Made by a program: the position numbers and the translations under genes. Below are positions 12,201-25,502 of a stretch of DNA of 64,000 bases, piece by piece. The first letter of the stretch is position 1; the number at the start of each line of letters is the position of its first letter. This DNA comes from Camelus dromedarius (lineage: Eukaryota). The DNA is taken from the NCBI RefSeq assembly GCF_036321535.1, contig NC_087437.1, positions 45,572,001-45,636,000 on the forward strand, read 5' to 3'. The notes under the pieces were generated by a model, which was given only the letters and a program-made list of their open reading frames with translations, was not told the origin of the DNA and searched no databases.

Positions 12201-14849
12201 TCACCAATCTGATACTTGAGTTCCCTTTACAACATACTTTCAAAGCTAGAAATGCCAAGAGTCAAGTCTAAAATCTTTTCTTACAATGAACCAATGATCC
12301 TCTGAAGCTTTTGCCCATGTGTTCTTTGAGGTAATAGGAGACAAATCTAAATATTATTTCTATAATTTCACATCCTCTCTCTGTAAAACAAAGAAAAGAA
12401 TACCCCCAATTTCCAAATGTACTGAAAGGAATAAACATAAAAGAATATTGCCCTAAGTAAAGATAATAACAAAAATATGACAAAAACACTCTAGACAATA
12501 TATTCTGAGAAAATGGCTTCAATGTGCTCTATTTTCTCCTTTCAGGACATTTTCGGTGCTTAAGAGAAGAAGCAACTGAGGTGGGGAGGTGGAACCACAG
12601 TCTATCAGAAGCATAATGTCCTCTCCAGGAAGAGGAAAATGGTTCCAAGTCATTAAAGACAGAATAGTCATTCCATAAAAGCACAAGAATTTGACTGAAA
12701 AAGAGTACTTCATTCACATGGTTCCTGCAATTATTAATATAATGTGTTTTTTTTTAATAAAGATGTCAAATTACCTCTGCAATAGTTTCCAAAATGTAAA
12801 CCAAAGCTACAGTTCTAGCCCAAAGAGCTGTATTGAATTTTTCCAGGGATATTAACTTTCTGCAGATGTGGCAAGGTCAGAGTTTTTGTTCTGAAAGGAA
12901 GAATAGACACAGAGATTTCCATGTTCCATTCTATTTACTGTCATTGAAATTATTTGATGGAGAGATGTTTATTGGAAGACACACATACATAGCACAATTC
13001 ATGTTTAGGGAGATGGATTTCTAGCAATTGCAAAAGTCAGTGGCATTTCACAAATGCTCTCAGCACTCTTTATTGACTTTTTGGATAGATATTTCTACTA
13101 ATGAAATGAGTCAGAGTTTCATGAAGCATTGATGACACAGACAAATACCAACTTATTTTAAAGCATCCTTCAATGTCATGATGCTTTTATGTTTCTGTTG
13201 CACTTTTTGAAATTATCTTGCTTTGCACATTTATAACTTTCTTCTCAACAGGGTATACTTATATAATTTGAGCAACAGGTGGGAAATCATTACCTTTAAG
13301 AGTTTTGGAAAATCAGTAGGATTTAATTATAAATTGAATAAATATACATACAAATAAATAAAGTGAAAATAATAACTGAATCATGAGGACTTTAGAATGT
13401 AAGTTGGTTTAAATACAAAACAATTTTCCTTTTATTTCACACAGTTGTAGAAACAGATCTGCATACTACTGTAAAAACTGTCCTATTTTCCATAACTTGA
13501 GTGGGGAAATGCACATTTTAATTAAAGAAAACATGAAGAAAGCTAAGTATACCCCCTTGAGTGGTAGATACTTTTTTTTCTTAAGGCAGAGAACATTGAA
13601 TAGAATGAGACACAGTCTTCACAGTCAATAAAAAATACAAAATACTCCATCTCAATATCATAATTTTACAATATTTTCTAGGATCACTGTGTCTAGTTAA
13701 TGTTTATTCTGTCCAAACATTGAGTATCATCTACATGATCATAAATAATCATCAATCAAAATCTTAATAGACTCAGAAAAAAACATTTTATTTTAAAGTC
13801 TAATTCGTGGAAAGTTATTTCACAACCATAATATCTGTGCAACAAAAATTAAGAACAGCAAAAAGAACTTGTCAGGCACACACTGAAATTTTATTATATT
13901 GTTTACCCTATTGAAGAAAATTCTACTTACATGCACTGGGGAAAAAGAGTGTACACCTCACAATGTTTCTATGTGTAGTTCTTGCCCACCCTTTGGTAGC
14001 CTTTTTATTTCCATACAGAATTTGGGGCAATTGGGAATAAAAGCATATTTTAAAAGTCCAAGACTATCAACTCATAATAAAATATTTAAAAAGAACTGTA
14101 GCAGAAGAACTAAAGAAAAAACCAAAATGAAGTCTTGACCGAGTGAAATACGAGAATGATTTCAAACCTTAACTCTAAGTTCCTAGTAATCTAGGTCAAA
14201 TGACAGCACAACGCCATCATTGACCTCATTGGGAAAATTCCAAGCTCTTAGTGGAATTTGTCATAAAAAAGTTTCTTACAAGGGGTTTTGAACAAGGTAA
14301 TGAATGAAGACCTCAACAACAGTTTTGGGTTTTTTTTTCTAATACCACAGAAACTTTTCCTAGTATATCAGACTACCATTAAAGCTGAGCATCTAATACT
14401 TAAATGGAATTAAGTAATACAAATTCTAAAAAGAACCAGAGGCATATAGGCAAGCTATGCTACGTTTTGGTCTTTGAGCTTATATTTACACAGAGAATAA
14501 GAGGAAAACTTTGTAAATTACAAGTGTTTTTCAATTATTTCTGCTGGAAATAATCTCATGCCACAAACATGCAGTAGTAATAATGTTACCTCCCACTGCA
14601 TTAAAGTAAAATGATTCATGCTGGAGGCACGTTATATTCATTCTATGTCATAATATAGCCTCTGGAGCAACATAATACACTCCAGACTAAGGAACACAGG
14701 ACCACAGAGAGAGAAGAAACATAACCAGAGAGACCAGCATGCCCCAGCCTAAGAAACAGAGACTTAACGCTGCTTCTGTTCAAGGTTCTCTCTTTCAACT
14801 AGAGTTTTGACAAGTATTCCACAGAAAAATGTTTGCTAGAGAGACAGGA

Positions 14850-15095
14850 CAGTCAAAAGTCCAGTCCCTAGACTACAACTGTGGTCAGACTGCCTGGGCT
14901 CAGGGCCCAAGCATACCACTTCTTGGCTGGAAGCAACAAACTGCTTGTTTAACCTCGCCAGCAGTCTATTCCTCTTTAAAAGAAGGTTGATGATGATCAC
15001 ATTGACATATTAGGGAAGAGAACCATGGGAAGATCAACCATGTAGGCTGTTTAACATAATACCAGGTATCGGGGAAGCATTCTCTCAATAGTAGA
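14850..15095 (+). mobile_element. MIR SINE
   Basis: tcagactgcctgggctcag...ccacttcttggctg...tttaacctc. Confidence 0.65.
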
Positions 15096-18000
15096 GACAT
15101 TTGATGTTCATTATGATAGAAATTAATGTGTTCTAGATCTCAAGCATGTACATGAGATAGTGGTTTATTTCAAAAGTTGAAAAGCCTGCCTTCTGTTTTT
15201 GACTAAACACAAGTCATCCAAATGCATCCTTCCTTATTGGCAGGCTGTTTCACAAAATACACTGAACCCAGGAAACGGAGTTTATATCTGGAATCCAATT
15301 TTTAATCACAGACTTCTCAGATGGGCCACAAGTTTTATAGGATTACATTTATTTGTAATCATTAGCTGAAGCATTCACTTCACAGTAAAAAAAAAAAAAA
15401 AAAAAAGCTAATTTACAAGAATTTGCATCCTCTGAAATCTTATTAAACCTAAATGTTTTGCTTTGGGATACTTCAGCAGTGTTTTGTGTCTTGTAAAGCT
15501 CTCTAAACTTGTTTGTATATAGACCAGAACCCCAGTAACCTCTTTGCTTTAAAATGAAAACATACACATACATACAATAAGCAAACAAATTATTAACCTT
15601 TCTTTTGAAATGGAACCTGAGGTCTCGCTTATTTTCCTGGTCATAATTCAAGACCCAGAATGAGCACCCCCTCACAAATTGAAGAGTTCAGCCCTACATA
15701 AACTTCATCAAAAATTCTCCTCAACAGGAAAAGTTCTGTGATTCTACTTGACACGCCATAGAAACTTCTAAATATATTGACTTCCTTTTGCTTTGCGTCC
15801 TCTCTCCTGTACCATTCAATCACAGTCGTCTGAGATACGGTGACTCTGCCCCAGGCTTGAGTGGAGAGAAAGTTGAAGGGAATTTCCTGATATGAATGTC
15901 ATTGAACAAACTTTCTTCAATAATTAATTAACTCACTCTTTCAGCTATTCGTTTTAACAAATGCTCATTGAACAATCTCTATGTAATATTTTTGTTGCCA
16001 AAAGAAGGGAAAATGATGAGAGAAAAGATTTTATTCCTCAGAGGAAAAAAATAAGACTATAAAAGCCATTATTTACTGTATAAGCCAAAATACCTAAAAA
16101 ATGGGTACAGATATTTTTGCTATTTCATTGATTAAAGCTGAAGTTCATTATAATCAAGTGACTTACGCCAAGTCACCAGGCTGAGGTGGGCGGAGCCAAG
16201 TGTCACCACAGGGCTGTCCAACCTCGACACCTGTGCTGTAGATGTCCTTGCCTCTTGTGCTGTCAGTGAATTCAGAAAAGAGGGGAAGCCAGAGCATAAA
16301 TGCACAATAAAGTGGAATATGACCAGAAGTTTCTAACAGCTCAAATTAATATTCATTTGCTTGGGAAAAAAAATACGGCTAGCAGTTATTCTGCTCCTAA
16401 GGAGGTCACGCTCTTTCAATCTGACATGATACCAAAATTTTTAAATCACGTTTTCAAATTCTTCCCATGATCCCAATTCATTTTATTCTTCTCCTATTCT
16501 TATCAAAGAGCATATAATCACTTCTTCATCTGGATTAAATTTACCAAGAAATGTATATTCTGAGCAATAACAATCGTGTTGGGGATTTCACAGTTTAAGG
16601 AGGATAATGGACCAGAACAAGACCATGATTCTGTTTCTTCATGTGCCTTCTTCAGTCTACAGTCATGAGGTCATGAAAAACGTACCTTTAGGTCCAAATG
16701 GCAACATACTAGGTTTCTAAAGTTGATATTTTCAGTTTACATTTTTCTGCTATAAGCTTGCAGTATGCCTTTATATCCATTTGAATTTTTCATCTCCATT
16801 TAAAAGCAAGTGATTTAGCATATATGCCTTATTGAGGGCTTATATTTTAATTAAAACCTTCTCTCATCTGGCTCTCTCCTGGCTGCTTTTGAAATCGAAT
16901 CCACTGAATGAGAAAGACAAAATGAGCTGCTGGAGAAAGCACTCCCTCTCCCTGCCTCCTCAGGGCTCAGGCCCAGGGAAAGTGACACTGCCCTTGACAC
17001 GGAGGAGAAGGCCTCACGTGTTCCCCCGGGTCCCTTGTCTGCCTGTTCTCCGATGGCTCAGTAAACTGTGCACATTTTAAGAGTCTGTACGTTTTAATAA
17101 CGACGATTTTTCTTCCTCTTTCAGCAATGTGAAAGCAACCGAAGTGTAAGCCCTGAAATAAAGCATTATTAAAGAAAATTGACACAGCTTAGAAAAAAGA
17201 GCCCAGTTAACCAAAACATTCTCTGAAACCACGCACAATTTAAAATGTAAACGCTGGCACTTATAGATATTTACCTATTCCATACATACTCTACATCTGA
17301 AATACATTTTCCAAACTGTATACCTTGAATTGGCATTAAAGCTCTCCGTTCCCTGGTTATTAAGTAATGCTGCATCTGGGAAGCTTAGACTCTCTTTAAG
17401 CATTTATCTGTTTATTTTTCAAGTGCAACATTGCCATCTACAGGATATGAAATGGCAAAATTCAACTACTCCTTTAAAGATGTGTTTGTAATCAAAACTA
17501 GAAACTACTGAGATTGAAAATGTATGTGTCCAAAATCAGCCCTATTTGATGATCCTGCCAGGCACTGCTATTCTGCAAATTATCTCATAATCTCACAGCT
17601 CACCGGGAAAAAAAAAAAAAAAAAGAAAGAAAAAGAAAAATGCATTCAATCGACTTTGCAGCTTCTTTATCTTTGGAGACTGCAGTCGAGGTTTGCTCAC
17701 AGGCTCTACCGTGATAAATGTTAACAAGCAAGAAAAGCTAACATCAGTATGAGGTCTGTAGTTGGTTACAGTGAGGATCAAGCTTTGCACCTAATACCAA
17801 ATTCTCTTGAAATTACCCGAATGCATGTTGCCTAAACTTCCTCACAGAATTCAAATAACAAATACAGCAAATAGTCTTTCTTGTGTAGATTTCAAATCAT
17901 AAATAGAGCACGCGGACTTTCTCCCAGTAGGAAACAATTGACAGGGAGGTACCTAACGAGTCTAATGATCTAGTCAGACTTCCAACACTCAGAGGACACG

Positions 18001-18974
18001 ACGAAGGGGAAACTCTTAGCCCGTTCTACAAATGGAGAAACAGGAATGGAAGGTGGTGACCTCAAAAAGCTCAGTTCATTGTCAGGCTGTCTTATTTTCC
18101 CCAAAATGAGAGGGAAGAGAGAGAGAGACACAACATAACTCACTTTCTCCATTTGACACACAGACTAAAATATGAGGTAGGAAAAAAATATAGACTATAC
18201 AAATGGTATTGAGAAGCTATTCTTGACTGCTCCGTGTGACCTCAGTTCAGTTGAAATTGGAATTACAATATTTATTAGAAAAAGCTTGAATGTTTCAGGA
18301 AAAGCTATTACAATTTCCTAGTACATTTCTAATCTCTTTTCCTGGAGATATTTAATATTAGTGTATAATGAGCTCACTCTAATTTCTTAATTGCAACTCA
18401 TATTGAGACTAAGAGATGGATGTGATAGTATCCATCTATCCCGCCCAGAATGAAGAATAGGAATAATATAAATTAAAGCCATCTCAATATAAAAAAAATC
18501 TTATAAAGTATATAAAATTAAGTTTACCTTATTATCACAATACTAACTCAAAAGCAGCCTAGGAAGAAATAGTGGTGCTTTGGTGCCAAAGAAAAAGCCT
18601 CATTAAAATGAAAAAAAAAAAAACAATTTGAAAAACTCAGTTTCAGGGTTTCATTTCAAATGTTTTCTTAACAGCTTTTCATCATATATCCAGCATATTC
18701 TCTGTGTACATGAACCAAGTTTAAATCAAAAGATTACAGAAAAAAAATCCTAGCCACAAAAATAAATTCATTTTATCTGTCATCCATCTGCATGCAGAAA
18801 CATATCTACGAACTAGAAAGGTAGCTTTTAATCCAAAGACAATTATATGAATAAAAGGGCCGATGTTTGGCTGAAGCCACTATGGTGACCCCCTTCGAAA
18901 AGCAATTTATGTGATATCATCCACTGCTAGCAACATACAGAGGACACCCCCTTCACAAAAATCGCTTTCCTCAA

Positions 18975-19640
18975 TGTTCCCAATGACCCCAACATTGCCA
19001 TATCCTATGGAAAGTTCTTAGACCTCATCTTACTTGACTCCAGAGCATTTGACATGACTTTTTTCTTTCTTCCTGAAACAGTGTCTCCATTTGGTTTCTC
19101 AAGCACAGCATATTCTCAGGTTTTCCTTCCGAGACCCTGGTCACTTCTCACCACCTCTTTGCCTGCATCCTCTTCCTCTTCCTAATCTCTGAATGCAGGT
19201 TTGTCCCCAAGGGTCAGTTCTTGAGCCTCCTCTCAGCCCTATCTACACCACATATCTAGGTGATTTCATCCACTGCACGCTTTAAATGTCATCTTTACTC
19301 TGATGGATCCCAAATGTATATGAGCAGCCGCAAATTTTACTTCAACTCTAGACACTCTGTCCAACAGCTATTCAACAACTCCCTTTTTTAACCATTTTTT
19401 ATTGAAGTATGGTAAATTTACAATGTTGTGTTAGTTTCAGGTGGACAGGAAAGTGATCCAGTTATACATATATATATTCTTTTTCAGATTCTTTTCTATT
19501 ATAGGTTATTACAAGATATTGACTATAGTTCCCTGCGCTATACCATGAGTCCTTGTTGTTTACCTATTTTATATATAGCAGTGTGTATTCAACATCTCCA
19601 TTTTAACATCTAATAGAGCACTCATGCTTGATATGTTCAC
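18975..19640 (+). mobile_element. L2 ORF2 reverse-transcriptase remnant, interrupted by an L1 and followed by a second L1
   Basis: Translates to LILLD (19024-19038), PQGSVL (19205-19222) and LYSDG (degenerate YADD, from 19293). Confidence 0.8.
19383..19585 (-). mobile_element. 5'-truncated lineage-specific L1 3' end with TSD
   Basis: T-tract, attgaagtat...ttacaagatattgactatagttccctg; TSD tattcaacaactcc (19369-19382) / tattcaacatctcc (19586-19599). Confidence 0.9.
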
Positions 19641-20557
19641 TTTTTTTTTCTTTTTAATGTTTTATTGAAGTGTAGTTGATTTACAATGTTAGTTTCAGGT
19701 GTACAGCAAAAGTAAGTTACACATATACATACATACATTCATTTTCTTTTCAGATTCTTTGCCATTATATGTTATTACAAGAAATTGAATAGAGTTCCCT
19801 GTGCTCTACCATAGGTCTTTATTGTTTATCTGTTTTATATAGAGTAATGTGTGTCTGTTCATCCCAAACTCCTAATTTATCCCTCCCCTGCCCTTTCTCC
19901 TTTGGTAACCAGTTTGTTTTCTATGTCTGTGAGTCTATTTTTGGTTTCTAAATAGAATTTGTAGACTTTTTTAGATTCCACATGTAAGTGATATCATATG
20001 ATATTTGTCTTTGTCTGACTTACTTTACTCAATATGACAATCTCTAGGTCTATCCATGTCATTGCAGATGGTATTAATTTGTTCTTTTCTATGGCTGAGT
20101 AATATTCTATTTCTTCTTTATCCAGTCATCTGTCAGTGAACATCTGTCATGGAACATTGTTTCCATGTCTTGGCTATTGTAAATAGTGCTGTTATGAACA
20201 CTGGGGCACATGTGTCTTTTCAAATTGTAATTTTCTCTGAATATATGCCCAGGAGTGAGATTGCTGGATCATATGGTAGCTCTATTTTTAGTTTTTAACA
20301 AACCTCCATACTGTCTTCGTAGTGGCTGCACCAATTTACATTCCCACCAACAGTGTAGGAGGGTTCCCTTTTCTCCACACTCACTCCAGCAGTTACTAAT
20401 TGTAGACTTTTTACTAACAGCCATTGTGACTGGTGTAAGGTGATACCTCATTGTAGTTTTGATTTGCATTTCTTTAATAATTAGCGATTGAACATCTTTT
20501 TATGTGCCTGTTGGCCATCTGGATGTCTTCTTTGGTTAAATGTCTACTTAGGACTTC
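19638..20557 (-). mobile_element. 5'-truncated lineage-specific L1 (ORF2 C-terminus plus 3'UTR) with TSD
   Basis: ORF track [14 protein letters not shown]...[14 protein letters not shown] ctcatgcttgatatgtt (19621-19637) / ctcatacttggtatgtt (20558-20574). Confidence 0.93.
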
Positions 20558-23500
20558 CTCATACTTGGTATGTTGAGAAAAGGGCTTTTTATTCTCCTGT
20601 ACCTCTATGCCTGCTTCTTTTTAAATTAACTAACACAAAGAGAATACCAGTGAAGGACTGAGAATATGATTAGGAAAATTATACCACTAATAGAAAATAT
20701 AGTCAGAATTTCCTTACAGAACCATAAGGCTCATATGAAGGAGGTAATAGAAAAGAGAATTCACCATCCACATTTTTACCCACTTCACACAGCACTGACA
20801 AAGCACCCACACTTGATAGATGCTTACTTAATTTAGAGCTTATTTAAGGAAATCTTCATCCCATAGAGACCTCTACATTTCATCCTCCTGAATACTAGCC
20901 CAGTAAGAAAGGCTCTCCTGATACTGCTAACAGTATCCAATATTATAAGAGATTGATTTCTTGCCCACTATTGACTCTAATAAGAAATGAAGGCAGCAGA
21001 TTACTGGGAAATTGACTTAGAAGCTCTATGAGGCTCATGGTAGTGGCTATGTGTCCAGACTACTCGTGAGGAGTATGTGTAAGTGATTCATTTGATCTTT
21101 AAAAGGGTTAGAAGAAGATAAGAAACATCAGTTCATCTCTTATTTATTATTTTGCAGAAAAAAATGTTTTTTTAAATCAATCAAAATCTCATTTTGTCAA
21201 ACTCAATCTTTTGGTCTACACTAAGAGTCTAAAACACGTCCTGTAGAATGTAATTCCACAAAATTGCTCTGTGGGAAAAAATTTTAAAAAGGTGCCCTTT
21301 GAGGCCAAATACATGAGAAAATCTGTAAACTTTATGCCCCTCTTGGAGAAAAGCAGAGCACAGAAGCATGTTACACTTTCCCAGACTTCCTCAAGTAAAG
21401 AAGCCCATTTAGTTTTATTCTGCCTGAACTTTATTTGATCACAGTCATCTCTTTGAATAGCACCTACTAATGTTCCTCCAAACTGCTGTTGCTTAGAACA
21501 TACTGTGGGAAAATTTGAACTACAGAGCACCAATTAGGGCATCCTGAAATTATATGGTAAAGTGGTAGAAATTTCAGATTCCCTCTTGATTAAACTGGCA
21601 AATATTTTTTTTAAATCTACTAAGCCAAGTCTCTGTTCCAGATCCAGATATTTGAAAATGTGCAGAAATAGTCTCTGAATTGCCTTCAGTTCTACAAATC
21701 TTTAAGAAATTTATACCCGCTTGTAATATACCTGGGGAGTACACTTCATAAATGTTCCCCACTATAAAAGCATTCAAAGCATTTCATTTGTGAAATAAAC
21801 ATCTGGCAGACAAAGAGTGAATCAGCTAAATCTTCCCAAAATACCTTAAAAACCATGCACAATGTACACTAAGAGAAAGAGAACCTTAATACTAGCTTTG
21901 AGATACATTTAGAGAAAAGGAAATTAGAGAAATCAATATCTTTAGAAAAATAGAGATGTCATTGGCTGATAATTCCAGTGAAATAATCAGATCGAAAGTC
22001 TGACCTTTCAGTTAAGAAAAACAATGTGCTGAGTTTAATTCAAAAAACATGGAGTAGAAAATCATGGAGATAAATGAGTAAGAAAAAGCTTTAGGAAGAT
22101 CACATCCAATCATCCCAAAGGAACTGCTTTCACAAATGCCAAGAAACTAAAACAATTTCTGATTTTTTTAAACAATGAGAATATAGATAGGTCTACATAA
22201 TTGTGGTATTTGTCGCCTTCTAACTACATTCCTATCTGTCTCCAACTCTATCTACATAAAACATGAAATCAAACAATGGAAATTCAGAAAAGGACGTTTT
22301 TCACAGTAGAATGCACATGTCTCTGAGCCTAGTTATCTCACCCACATATGTGTGATGGTGGAGGAAGAATTTCTGGGGATAGGGTAGCATGCATTATCTC
22401 CATTACTTCATTTATCCATTTCTGCCTTTAAACCTGTTCAATAAAGCTGTTTTGAGAGCCAGATACCAGCACATCATCAGGTGCTTGGGGATGAACTCCC
22501 TGCCAAGGGAGAGAGAGAGAACTCACAAGAGGACAGTTAGAAAGGGATGCGGACAATTAACCAACAGGGAAAAGCCAGCCGGACTACTGCTCCAGGGGCA
22601 ACTGAAGCAGGCAGAGGTTTAATAGAGCTGATCTGTGATGCCTTGAAAAGACCCCCTCCTCCTCTTCCCTGTGTGCTCACTCCCAGCTGGCCCAGGCTGA
22701 CCCAGGCGAAAGTGTAAACCTGGTAGAAAGTTCTCTTCAAGGTATCATTATCCTTCCTTCACACCAGCTCCAAAAGTTGTTTCAGACCCATTAATCAAGG
22801 CACTGAGGACTCCCAATCTGAGGCACGTGCTCAGGGCACTGGCAAAGTGGAGACCCAAAAGAGGGAAAAGTTAAGATTTGGATTTTTAATATATTTTTGG
22901 AAGCATCAACGTAGTCGACACAGGGAGAAAGGCAAACATTTTTTAGAGATATTTACCTACTTATCTATATATAGAGAGAGGCATTTAGACATAGATACGT
23001 ATCTGTACATATATACACATATACATATGTTCGGAGAGAGAGATTTAAAGAAGGTGGGAGGAGGTACCATCCTGTTTTCAGTGTCTGAGGATGTTGCAGG
23101 TTTAACTGGCCCTACACAGCATGCCACTTAGCAACCCACTGCCCTGTGGTCCACCATTTCTTTCCCTCCCTTACTCTTCTCCTCCATCAAGATAAAATTT
23201 TCTCAATTCTTATATTAAGTTCTGCAACTATTCATTTCTACAGCCCTTTTAGAGGAAGGAATTCAGGAAATTACGACTACCTGTCTGGAGTATGGATATA
23301 AGGAATACAGATATGCCTATGTGTCTGTGGGTGTGCCTTACGTTCCTGGAAAAAGTATATACGATGTATCTTAAGGTCAAGTATAATATTTCTATTATAA
23401 ATTGAAATATTTAACAATAAGAATGATCCTCACAGCATAGTTCATACACGTATAAACTCAAAGCGTATAAACCTTATAACCAACTTACATGTTCAATGGA

Positions 23501-23639
23501 GAACTGCTTCATTAAACTGTGCAATACAGAAAGCTAAACATTATCAAGTGGTATCATTTAAGGTTCAGTTTAAGAAACCAAAAATCCTTTAGGTATCTCA
23601 TTTAGAAAGGATGTAACACAGAAATTCAGTGCCTACAAA

Positions 23640-24040
23640 TTGTTGGAAGGAGCAGAGAAGGCAAGGGGTCACCAGTGGACCACTAGCCCCAAGGTGACAC
23701 CATCCTGGCTAGAAACTGGGGATGAGGAAACTGTTGCTGCTCCCGCTGCTTCTACATCCATGAAGATGGTAACTACCCACTGGCACAGGAGTTGGGCTAC
23801 AGTAAACGTACCCATCTGACTTGCTGCAGGCCACCACAGCAGCTAGGAGATGGCCTCTGCCTCCCCTCTGTCTCCTACATTTCATGCTAGTACATTTTAT
23901 TGGCAGAAGCGAAATCATACCCAGAACTCTAATAGGAAGGGAGCTTGGGATATGTAGTGTTTAGCTTACCAGCCCTGCAATACAGAGAAGAGCACAGAAG
24001 ATAACAGGAACAGATGCAGAGAACTGAAAGACAACTTGAA
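23640..24040. mobile_element. Probable old ERVL/MaLR-type LTR
   Basis: cattttattggcagaagc...acccagaactctaataggaagggagcttgggatatgtagtgtttagc resembles old MLT/LTR33-class ends. Confidence 0.45.
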
Positions 24041-24109
24041 AGCTGAAGTCCTTCAAAATTATTTTATAGAAGTCCCACTGCTGACAAGTAAATAAGAAAA
24101 CACTCAGAA

Positions 24110-24512
24110 GGCACAACAACGGAAACAGTAAAAGATCAGTGGTGGTGGCGGGGTGGGGGGGGATGACTAGGCAAAGCAGGAGAGGATCTTTAGAGCAGTG
24201 AAATACTTTCGTGGTGTTACAGCAATGGCTATATGTACTTGTGCTTTTGTCCAAACTCACAGAACTCACTCTTGGAGATTTGTCAACACCAAGAGTGAAC
24301 CCTAAGGTAAACTATGGACTTTGAACGATTATAATGTGTCAATGTACACTCACCCTTGGTTCAAAAAAAAAAAAGTACCATTCTGGGGAGCACTATTGAT
24401 AATGGGGGAGACTATGCATGTGTCGGGGTGGGGTTTGTGGGAAATCTCTGTACTTCTCTCAATTTTGTTGTAAACCTACAATTGCTCTAAGAAGAAACTG
24501 TCTTTTTAAAAA
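24110..24512 (+). mobile_element. L1MC-type 3'UTR
   Basis: acagtaaaagatcagtggt; caacaccaagagtgaaccctaaggtaaactatggacttt; gggaaatctctgtactt. Confidence 0.85.
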
Positions 24513-25374
24513 GACAGAGAAGAAACTGAAAACTACAAAAAAAAAAAAAAAAAACCCACAGGTTCTACTGACCTACCAAAATCACATTTGAAAACAATGT
24601 AATAGTGTAATCCATTTTTAATCCTACTTTGGGGAGAAACCCAAAACTCCAATGCTTTTGGAACTCTTAGTACGTACTTACCATATACTTATTTTGATTT
24701 AAATTAAAAGAGTAATGGTAGAAAGGATGAAGGAAAGAATTAATCTCCTTTGTGTTCAACTTTGCTTCTTGATACTTTTCTTATAAGAAAACCAAAGAGT
24801 TTAGCCTAATTTCTACCAATTTAAGAAAACTAAAACTTTAATTTGGGTCATTTTATTTGTTCACTCAACAAGTAGTTATTGGTAGCTTACCACGTACAAA
24901 GCTTTTCCAAATACATTTGGCAACTGTGCTTCCATTAAATTGACTTCCTTTTTTACTAAAAGAATATAATCCATCAATTATGTGAAATAGGGTAACAGAT
25001 ATTTAAGGTGTATTTCAACTTGTATATTTTTTAGGCAAGGACTTAGTAGAGACTCTTGCAGATTAAAGTAATTACAAAGAGATTCTAGAAATGATATACT
25101 AAATAAAAATTTGTAAGGAAGGAAAACCTGGGAAATCAGAAATATTAGAAAAAGTAAGATACGGCCAGAAACCACTTAAAAGTGCTTAAAGTTTTGAAAG
25201 GTTGTGGTTATGCGCATTTTAGTCTGTGATTTCTTGGAAGATATATGGAGAGGTTGCTTTTTCATAGGGGTATCTTGGGGTCTTTCATTCTTGATATTTT
25301 GAGGGGCCTCAGCCATAAAGGACAGAGTGAGAGAGGGAGGAAAAAGAAAGGGAGAAGGCAATTTATCCACACAT

Positions 25375-25502
25375 GGGGCAACCCTACAAACTAGTTCATG
25401 TGAAACTCTACTTTATACCTCTAATTCTGTGTAACTATTCACGGTACCCCCTTTTACTTTAAAAAATGTTCTAGTTTGAGAGATAAATGACATGGTGATT
25501 CT
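25375..25502 (-). mobile_element. hAT-Blackjack MITE (MER94-like)
   Basis: Degenerate TIRs ggggcaaccct...atggtgattct; internal ccccttttactttaaaaaatgttctagtttgagagataaat. Confidence 0.55.

Noticed and set aside
14640..14690. Minus-strand SGVYYVAPEAIL resembling a kinase APE motif, inside a 7-bp inverted repeat
   Set aside because: An in-frame stop follows immediately, no other kinase motifs are nearby, and the stem is too short to be meaningful.
17650..17690. Imperfect hairpin tcgactttgcag...ctgcagtcga
   Set aside because: About 14 bp with bulges; too short for a pre-miRNA and no family recognised.
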